A model generated the notes under the pieces. That model was not told the DNA's origin and did no database searches. It saw only the letters and a list, made by a program, of their open reading frames with translations. This document shows, piece by piece, positions 19,201 to 24,389 of a DNA stretch of 24,389 bases. Source of the DNA: Thermoplasmatota archaeon (lineage in GTDB: Archaea; Thermoplasmatota; Penumbrarchaeia; Penumbrarchaeales; Penumbrarchaeaceae); NCBI GenBank assembly GCA_029762535.1, contig JARVGK010000042.1:1-24389 (forward strand), read 5' to 3'. Both the position numbers and the translations under genes were made by a program. Position 1 is the stretch's first letter, and each line of letters begins with the position of its first letter.

Positions 19201-19235
19201 GAGGCAGGCGATCTGCGAGTTATTTCGAGGACTGA
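16212..19235 (+). CDS. Membrane-anchored extracellular zinc metallopeptidase (gluzincin, M30-like) with Ig-like stalk and PKD domain
   Basis: Signal peptide. LAHEFQHLLH (HEFQH at 16764-16778) plus WLDEGLA, and DYGAAYTF..YL.EHYGG. Five Ig-like repeats, PKD (FDMSASSD..HFGDG), TM IVPLIVLILIVIAGLAAVAALAFVLL then RRGRR. TATA TTTAATA at 16179. Confidence 0.85.
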   Translation: MPSSTLFGITAVAIAALFLFPHPIPEADEGATLTWIDLSVMTMIERVRTLRDRGLDASVPMDGTTLLRLVQDEGEYSYSSRSNPPPASWTLVHTGTYCRVFVAQGESVPQSEIEALANTFDERIYPNATSWFHPDDPPSRIDIRIYDMGDGEGGVGGFFIRSFPTRNDLFVDSSDVGIADEVLAHEFQHLLHYDLDPNEEVWLDEGLADLSIRISLGPDKPALQSHVLALELYPVNDLLDWGEGTPPDYYESIADYGAAYTFIAYLTEHYGGKGLIADLVKDPLNSIASVDNVLAAYGHSDRFGDVYSKVKAANLLDEPVYGGGVFDQGLIDIGIRTMYGGSNTYPYSVNVSGTKRYSGYYFRFDSGRVGLKAVINSSESVHATFIGLDSGSVIWSDNASSGGGVPGSIPLDGFGTEYDTLYAIPSTEVKGSSFSLEIVEIEIPRTTFLIDPPAPDGLLGYYRTPPTITLSSEDAMIRYRWGLGLYELYTSPITAPEGTSRLEFYSLRDGASETPVLLEFDVDSIPPLTILEIDPPEPDGDLGLYSTSPTISLSTESGASTYYIIDGDTVSYTGPFTVGEGETTLLYWSVDPVGNEEERRSFLINVDSSPPVASIVLDPPSPDGKRGYYTSDVTVSFQYDTGSSVLYSMNGGDEREYTGPFIVGDGTHTINYWARRDPGRMGPELSVILKVDTIAPEVSFALDPPLADGWNRFASELEVSSNEGDMIFYRISSEEAAEYISPILLADGDHSVEIWAEDQAGNIGGPKTFRARIDTMTPRTSLSFSRDPDSGIWFHDAIPEVIIERQAFVLSPERTYYSVNEGESRLFQGSMEGLVSGINRISYYSVDEAGNQEGARSKQVGLDLARPVPSLKANRTIVGGSGPVLFDMSASSDDNAVNMFRVHFGDGTDSGWVRDPIIVHYYDGLGDRVAYGEVVDVAGRISTLKPSVRIEVLTPEEAARRLQGNDRAGIVPLIVLILIVIAGLAAVAALAFVLLRRGRRSASYFED
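17541..18809 (+). repeat. Five tandem ~83-89-aa Ig-like protein repeats
   Basis: Consensus P.....DPP.PDG..GYY.....(Y)...YT.P....(E/D)G...(Y/F)WS.D..GN.......(V/I)D..P, repeated 5 times and diverged at the DNA level. Confidence 0.8.
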
Positions 19236-19265
19236 AGGTATAGCGACGCCCGGGAGGAGAACGGC

Positions 19266-19694
19266 CTATGCCCCACCCTTAAGCGATCTCTTGATCTTTC
19301 TAACAAGTCTGAACCTCAAATATACGAACAGGAGCATGTTGATGAGTGCCATGAAAAGGCCGATCAATATCGAAGCCAGAACGTCATCGATCCCTTCCCT
19401 TCTGAAGAAGAAAAGGGATACGAGCATTCCCTGAAGGAAACTGACGGCCGATGCCGCCAGCCCCCCTCCCCAATCGAGCGTTATTCGGTTAGAGGCTGGT
19501 CCGAGGGTCACCTTGACGCGCCTGTAAAGACCGAGGAGTATCAGTGTCAAATCGTTCCTCCTGGCGGTGAGCGTGCCGCTTCCCCTATCGTAAGAATCTA
19601 TGTTGAATCGGGCGTCCATGAGCACGTCCTTTACGATGTCAAGGGCATCGGATCGCGTTGTGCGATCAGCGTCAAGGAGCACTCGATCCCTCAT
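19266..19694 (-). CDS. Hypothetical membrane protein
   Basis: 142 aa with an alpha/beta N-terminal part and two C-terminal hydrophobic helices. Lies 23 bp downstream of pyrF with a GGTGA SD. Confidence 0.65.
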   Translation of the reverse strand: MRDRVLLDADRTTRSDALDIVKDVLMDARFNIDSYDRGSGTLTARRNDLTLILLGLYRRVKVTLGPASNRITLDWGGGLAASAVSFLQGMLVSLFFFRREGIDDVLASILIGLFMALINMLLFVYLRFRLVRKIKRSLKGGA

Positions 19695-19717
19695 CTTCTA
19701 TCACCGCACGACGCCCG

Positions 19718-20563
19718 TCACCATTTTCCCGCCCCCCTCATGGTGGCGCGGACGACCTTGGCGAAACGTTCGGCACTGTCACTGGCGCATGGTCCCATGT
19801 CCTTAGCGGGCCGGCCCTGCTTCTCGAAAGCGAACATTATGTCCCTTGAGACGTTGATGAGGACACCCTCTCCGTTCCGGTTCGTGCCGTTCTTCACGAC
19901 ATCATCGATGCCGCCGCCCTGGGATCCGACACCCGGGACCAGAAATGGCATCTCCTCACCCACGGCACTTCGGATCCGCGCCATCTCCTCGGGATACGTC
20001 GCACCGACGACGGCCCCGAGGTTGCCCTTATCGTTCCAGCTGCGGATCAGATCGGCCATTCTCAGGTAGAATGGGGCGCCGCCGCAGGATGCGTCCTGAA
20101 CCGCGGCCGATGAGGGGTTCGATGTGCGGCATAGGATGAAGCATAGCCTGTCAGGGTCCGATGAGAACGGGACCACCGCGTCCTTTCCCATGTACGCGTT
20201 GAGCGTCACGGCATCGGCGCCGAGATGCTCGAAAGCCGCCCTGGCGTAGGCCTTGGAGGTGTTCCCTATGTCCCCCCTCTTCCCATCCAGTATCACAAGT
20301 ATTTCAGGGTGTTCCCTTAAGATGTAAGAAACGGTCTTCTCCAGAGCGCTCTGGCCTCTGACCCCCTCCGCCTCGTAGAACGCCAAATTCAATTTGTAGG
20401 CGGCCGCATTCCCGGCCGTATGGGACACGATCTCCCGGTTGATCTCGAACTGGTCCATGCCGCACCCTTCCGGTCCGAACCTCGTCATGTCCGTGTCAAG
20501 TCCAACGCACAACACCGTCCCCTTCTCCGAGACGGCCCGCCCAAGTTTCTCCTTCCAGCGCAT
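19718..20563 (-). CDS. pyrF: Orotidine-5'-phosphate decarboxylase (subfamily 2)
   Basis: LCVGLD, YKLNLAFYE, ILDGKRGDIGNT (DxKxxD), VTLNAYMG, LCRTSNP, GAVVGATYP, LVPGVGSQGG, INVSR. Confidence 0.96.
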   Translation of the reverse strand: MRWKEKLGRAVSEKGTVLCVGLDTDMTRFGPEGCGMDQFEINREIVSHTAGNAAAYKLNLAFYEAEGVRGQSALEKTVSYILREHPEILVILDGKRGDIGNTSKAYARAAFEHLGADAVTLNAYMGKDAVVPFSSDPDRLCFILCRTSNPSSAAVQDASCGGAPFYLRMADLIRSWNDKGNLGAVVGATYPEEMARIRSAVGEEMPFLVPGVGSQGGGIDDVVKNGTNRNGEGVLINVSRDIMFAFEKQGRPAKDMGPCASDSAERFAKVVRATMRGAGKW

Positions 20564-20585
20564 CCGACGATGATGCGTTCCGCAT

Positions 20586-20598
20586 GTTATCTATATTT
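20586..20598. promoter_or_regulatory. Shared bidirectional TATA region for pyrF and rnhB
   Basis: A single AT island, TTATCTATATTT, lies ~28 nt from ATG 20563 (-) and ~30 nt from ATG 20625 (+). Confidence 0.45.
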
Positions 20599-20624
20599 CC
20601 ATGGCGGTATGCTGCACAACGATT

Positions 20625-21377
20625 ATGATTGATGCGAATATGTATCCTCCCATGGCCGTAGGGATCGACGAGGCGGGCAGAGGGCCGGTTATCGGCCCAA
20701 TGCTCGTCTGCGCGCTGTATTGCAGAGATCCGGAGCGGTTGAGGGAGCTGGGCGTCAGGGACTCCAAGCTCATGGACAGGGTGAGCAGGGAGAATATCGG
20801 AGACCGGCTCGAAGGGATCTCCTCATGGACGTTAGTCGAACTGCCCGCGAGCGCTATTGACCTGGCCCGGCGCCGCATGTCACTGAACGAGCTCGAGGTC
20901 ATCTCCTTCGCTTCCGCCGTCAGTTCCCTGGTGCTTGGAAGAGGGGTCCTACACCCTAAGATGCCAGAAGGATGCGCAGTGGATGTGGACGGTAAGGCCC
21001 CAGAATGCGCGGTACTCATGGACGCCGCCGATGTGGACGAGATGCGTTTCACGAAGAGGGTCAAGGCGGCGTGTTCGGACATCATCGATGTCGCATCACT
21101 CTCCTTTTTAGGTCGGCATAGGGCCGACTCCGAGTATCCCGAGGTCTCGGCCGCATCCATTCTGGCCAAGGTCAGAAGGGATCGGCGCGTGGAGGAGATA
21201 TCGCGTGAGATAGGGAGCGACATCGGGTCCGGCTATCCATCGGACCCTAACACCATAGCGTTCCTGAAAGGCTATCTCGCAAGATGGGGCGATCTCCCGC
21301 CCCATACCCGAAGGTCATGGGACACCGCGCGGGCCCTCCTGTCATGTCGCAGGAACAGGACCTTGGGCGATTTCTGA
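20625..21377 (+). CDS. rnhB: Ribonuclease HII
   Basis: GIDEAGRGPVIGPM, GVRDSK, LNELE, DAADV, HRADSEYPEVSAASILAKVRRD, GSGYPSDP, RRSWDT, and a C-terminal PIP-box-like RTLGDF. The start is uncertain (20601/20625/20640/20652). Confidence 0.96.
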   Translation: MIDANMYPPMAVGIDEAGRGPVIGPMLVCALYCRDPERLRELGVRDSKLMDRVSRENIGDRLEGISSWTLVELPASAIDLARRRMSLNELEVISFASAVSSLVLGRGVLHPKMPEGCAVDVDGKAPECAVLMDAADVDEMRFTKRVKAACSDIIDVASLSFLGRHRADSEYPEVSAASILAKVRRDRRVEEISREIGSDIGSGYPSDPNTIAFLKGYLARWGDLPPHTRRSWDTARALLSCRRNRTLGDF

Positions 21378-21716
21378 TCAGATCGAACGCAACATCTTGC
21401 GGTCCTGATCCAGCACCGTGAACGACCCCCCATCCGGACCGGGGCATTCCATGGGCAATACGACCCAGAGCTGTCCATCGGGGTTGAGGGACCTTATGGC
21501 AGCATCAATCATCTCCTCTTCCGGGAGCGAGTCCATCCAGACGAGGATCCTGTCGAAGCCGCCGGATGTGGGGATCCGATCCGTCACTTTGGTCCTGGAA
21601 CCGATGCATGGATCGAACCATTCGAGAAATGGCTTCGGAGCCGATGCTATCAGCAGCGAGGAATCGTCCTCGACCTCGAGGAGCCTGAGGATCTCGGAAC
21701 GGGTTAGAAAGTACAT
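21378..21716 (-). CDS. Small hypothetical protein, DUF3052-like
   Basis: L.V.....L...AP..F, FDRILVW and L.PDGQLWV..P resemble DUF3052. TATA CTTTTTAAT ~27 nt upstream. The C-terminus looks short. Confidence 0.55.
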   Translation of the reverse strand: MYFLTRSEILRLLEVEDDSSLLIASAPKPFLEWFDPCIGSRTKVTDRIPTSGGFDRILVWMDSLPEEEMIDAAIRSLNPDGQLWVVLPMECPGPDGGSFTVLDQDRKMLRSI

Positions 21717-21761
21717 CCTGGGCGATCACAGCATCCCAGGATTAAAAAGGTTCTGCCTCGA

Positions 21762-21929
21762 TCATCCACCGCGGCTGTCTCGGGCCTTGGGCCTGAGGCC
21801 GCTGTAGCCGCAGCGCCTGCACTGGGTGGCCTTCATGGCGTTCCTGGCATAACAGTTCATGCAGATGCGCTTCATGAGCCTTCGGCTCTCGACGATTTCC
21901 CTTATCTCAGGGTTCAGGCTCTTTCCCAT
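21762..21929 (-). CDS. rpl40e: 50S ribosomal protein eL40
   Basis: KRICMNCYARNAMKATQCRRCGYSGLRPK zinc ribbon. ATG 21929 with SD GGTGA and TATA TTTAAATAATA at 21962-21972. Confidence 0.96.
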   Translation of the reverse strand: MGKSLNPEIREIVESRRLMKRICMNCYARNAMKATQCRRCGYSGLRPKARDSRGG

Positions 21930-21998
21930 TTTATCACCGGTTTGTCGGGCCAAAAGCTAGGTATTATTTAAACGTTGTTTCGGGCCGAATGGCCGCGA

Positions 21999-22775
21999 TC
22001 AGGGGCCAGCGAAGAGGGGCAGGTTCTGGCTGAAGGAGCGTACCTGCGGCCTGGTGATGAGACCGAGCAGGGCGAAAGCCCAGGTCATCTTCCTGAACTT
22101 GAGCCTTTCCTGATCTGGTGTGAGGGGTGACCTCGAACCACCTCCGGAAATCTTATCCCCAACCTCGTTGAAATTGAACCCCAGGAGTATTATCTGGGAT
22201 GCCCCGAAATGCTCGGCTATGAAGGCCGACCGGTCCCCATCGGAGAATCCGCCGAAGTTATAAAGGAACGCGCCCCTCATCGGGTCGAGCTGGGTGGTGC
22301 CGACGACCTTCCCGAACAGCCTGGGAACGGCCTCGCGTATCCTCAGCATGTTGTCCCCATGGGCGTGGACAAACATTATCGATCCAGAACCAAGGCACGC
22401 CAGCTGGTCCTCGAGGTCCCCGTCGAGGTCCGACACTATCAGATCGGGGCGGATCGAACGGGCCATCAGGGCCGAGGTGGCCCCGTCGGCCGCTATCAAG
22501 ACGTCGTTCTTGGAGGGGGAGGCCCACTCGTCCGCCTTTTCTATGAGGGCCTGCTCCAGCTCCTCCTCGAGGTCGGGTCCCGCACCGAATATGTAGGCGC
22601 TCCTTCCTGATACGAGGGGGCCGACCTCATCCATTACGGAGTCCCTTGGGATCACTTTTCGGTTGTCCTTCAACATGTCCGCGAGGAGCCGCGACGCCTC
22701 CATGTCCCTGTTCACATCCAATTTGAGGTCGGAACATATGGCTTCGTAGTATGGGATCCACCTGTCGATCTCCAA
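21999..22775 (-). CDS. mptE: 6-hydroxymethyl-7,8-dihydropterin pyrophosphokinase (MptE, DUF115)
   Basis: W.PYY..I..D, IFGAGP, IAADGAT, PDLIVSDLDG, VHAHGDN, GTTQ, NFGGFSDGDR, LLGF.F, K..K..WA. Confidence 0.9.
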   Translation of the reverse strand: MEIDRWIPYYEAICSDLKLDVNRDMEASRLLADMLKDNRKVIPRDSVMDEVGPLVSGRSAYIFGAGPDLEEELEQALIEKADEWASPSKNDVLIAADGATSALMARSIRPDLIVSDLDGDLEDQLACLGSGSIMFVHAHGDNMLRIREAVPRLFGKVVGTTQLDPMRGAFLYNFGGFSDGDRSAFIAEHFGASQIILLGFNFNEVGDKISGGGSRSPLTPDQERLKFRKMTWAFALLGLITRPQVRSFSQNLPLFAGP

Positions 22776-22787
22776 ATCAGCACCCCC

Positions 22788-23876
22788 TCATCGCATCCAT
22801 CCCATCCTCTTCCTGCCCCGGAGCTTGTTTCGGTTGTAGGTGTATGACATTCCGCTCACGAGCAAAAGGACGATCCCCAGGACCATGAAGGCTATGGTCC
22901 TGTCAAGGTCGAATTCCCCCACGAAGTTCAACATGTAACCGAGGAAGTTCAACGCCGTGCCCGCGAAGAACCAGATCGCTCCCAGCGATAGTATGAAGGT
23001 TATCGACGATCTGGAGAATTTCCCCGTCCTCATGAAGGAGTCGAGGGAGTTTCCCAGGATATAGGATGCCGCGGATGCTATCACGAAACTGTAGAACCAG
23101 TCTATGAAATTGTAGAGGAACTCGCCCGCGGTATTGTAAACCTCTGCCTTGAAATAACTGCTGATGAGACCTGCTACGAGCAGGGAAATCGCCATGACGG
23201 CACCGATGAAAAGGAAATAACGTCTGGTCTGGAACGCGGACCTCATGTCGTCGAACATTCGTGCCAGCTGGTCCTCTATTCCCAGCGTTTTCGATATCAC
23301 CACGAGGGATAGTATTATGACCACCAGGCCGAAGGCGAGGGTGGTCTGCCCCAGTATCATTAGTATGCCCCAGAGCATCAATATCGATGCCATTGGGAGG
23401 ATTATCTTCTTGGCTATCTTCGGGCTCTTGAAGGCGTTGACGATGATGTAGAAGGTGGATTCGAGGTTCTGCTGCTGTTTTATGACGACCCGGGCTATGT
23501 GCTCGACCTGGACCTTCTGGGATATCAACGGGAGTATGATCTCGTCCTCGGCCCCGTCGGATACCAGGACGACGGTGTCGGGGGTGAACTGCTCGAGGAC
23601 CGCGTAGAACTGCTTCACGAGGTTGGCGTCGGATTGATGGCCGACGTTCCTGTCGCCGCATATGGTCGCGATCTCGACGGACCTGCCCATCTCCGTGTAT
23701 TTCTTGTATAGCTTCAGGCCCATGAGCATGACGTTGGCGTCGGAGTCCTCGGGATCCTCTAGACCGAGGGCTATGAGGCCCCTGAGGTTGTTCTTCTTGC
23801 CGATGACCGGGCTGGTGATCATGGCCTTGACGCCGAGATCGTCGTCGCGATCCACGCACAGGACGAGGGTTTTCAT
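22788..23876 (-). CDS. DUF373-family membrane protein
   Basis: MKTLVLCVDRDDDLG.K, DPEDSDAN, VSDGAEDE.ILP.I, VVIKQQQNLESTFY, followed by several TM helices. TATA ATTATATAT ~25 nt upstream. Confidence 0.9.
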   Translation of the reverse strand: MKTLVLCVDRDDDLGVKAMITSPVIGKKNNLRGLIALGLEDPEDSDANVMLMGLKLYKKYTEMGRSVEIATICGDRNVGHQSDANLVKQFYAVLEQFTPDTVVLVSDGAEDEIILPLISQKVQVEHIARVVIKQQQNLESTFYIIVNAFKSPKIAKKIILPMASILMLWGILMILGQTTLAFGLVVIILSLVVISKTLGIEDQLARMFDDMRSAFQTRRYFLFIGAVMAISLLVAGLISSYFKAEVYNTAGEFLYNFIDWFYSFVIASAASYILGNSLDSFMRTGKFSRSSITFILSLGAIWFFAGTALNFLGYMLNFVGEFDLDRTIAFMVLGIVLLLVSGMSYTYNRNKLRGRKRMGWMR

Positions 23877-23960
23877 TCTTGTCTCAATATGCCCCCTTGG
23901 ATATATAATCGTATTTGAGCCATGATCACTATATCATTTTTCCAACCCAACGGTTCGTTC

Positions 23961-24080
23961 ATTGTCGTATTTATCTTATTTCCTTGTGTTTTTATTTTAT
24001 CCATATTTTTGTTATAATTATTTTTATTTTATGTTCTTTTTCACTTTTTATCTTTTATTATGTAGTTAATTATTTCCTAT
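23961..24080. other. AT-rich, strongly T-skewed non-coding tract
   Basis: Hand count over 120 nt: 77 T, 23 A, 20 G+C (83% AT), in an otherwise GC-rich window. Confidence 0.9.
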
Positions 24081-24290
24081 AAAGGACTCTCCTATGTTAT
24101 CCATCCCTTGGCTTTGAAGGGAGTGTGTCCGTCCCAAGGGGATCTCGAGGGACCGGCCTATGTAGCGTTAGGGATCGGATCCCTTGTGGTCCAAATGAAT
24201 CCATAGATCGCTTCAAGGCACATAACGCTCCCAAAAGACATGTAAGGGAAAAGCTTCGGGAGATCCCCCATGGGGAAGGATCTCAACAAA

Positions 24291-24389
24291 GGAAAAAGAA
24301 TAAATACTTTTCAGAAGCATCACGTTTCAGTCCAAGAGGCAGGCGGGTGGCGGAAGAGGCGGTGCTTCCCGGTTGATGGAGGTGTGAGA
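24291..24389 (+). promoter_or_regulatory. Promoter and Shine-Dalgarno of a gene starting just beyond the window
   Basis: GGAAAAAGAA-TAAATA (BRE/TATA, 24291-24306) and GGAGGTG at 24378-24384, five nt before the window end. Confidence 0.6.

Noticed and set aside
19266-19268. Only one TAG among 20 complete genes (18 TGA, 1 TAA): possible amber recoding/pyrrolysine
   Set aside because: The sample is too small, TGA preference is expected at this GC content, no in-frame TAG interrupts any gene, and readthrough here runs antisense into the protease gene.
21375-21380. Back-to-back stop codons (TGATCA) of rnhB and the DUF3052-like gene, and a 9-bp convergent overlap at 6789-6797
   Set aside because: Ordinary genome compaction, with no evidence of antisense regulation.
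22903-23859. 318-aa ORF overlapping the DUF373 gene in another frame
   Set aside because: Arg/His/Gly/Pro-rich shadow-frame composition expected from GC3-biased codons, no motifs, and fully nested in a recognisable gene.
23931-24290. AT-rich tract as a CRISPR leader and the motif copies as CRISPR repeats
   Set aside because: No 25-40-nt direct repeats at regular spacing and no cas genes in the window.
24125-24376. 83-aa ORF in the terminal intergenic region
   Set aside because: No recognisable motif. It runs through palindromes and the promoter of the next gene, so it is probably spurious.

Overview
GC-rich archaeal chromosomal segment. The uS2 and eL40 sequences, HVO_0476-type Zn finger, DUF373, MptE and TATA/BRE promoters point to Thermoplasmatota or a related euryarchaeote (inference). 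It holds 21 protein-coding genes, one truncated by the left edge. (i) A lipid-carrier glycosylation set: GT-C transferase, GT2 polyprenol-phosphate glycosyltransferase, UPF0104 flippase-like protein and UDP-sugar dehydrogenase. (ii) Housekeeping genes: MEMO1-family, rps2, pyrF, rnhB, rpl40e, mptE. (iii) Three ~1000-aa secreted proteins with C-terminal membrane anchors: nidogen-like/Ig, Asp-box propeller/FN3/Ig, and an HExxH metalloprotease on an Ig stalk. Two of them share a 46-aa acidic juxtamembrane module. (iv) A divergent pair of a CX7CX2C radical SAM-HhH protein and an HhH-GPD glycosylase, followed by a SecB-like protein. (v) A 513-bp terminal intergenic region with a strongly T-skewed AT tract, a repeated CCAAGGG(G/A) motif and clustered palindromes (candidate replication origin or regulatory hub), ahead of a gene that probably starts just beyond the window. 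I saw no tRNA/rRNA, CRISPR array or mobile element. All family calls come from motif recognition, not database searches.
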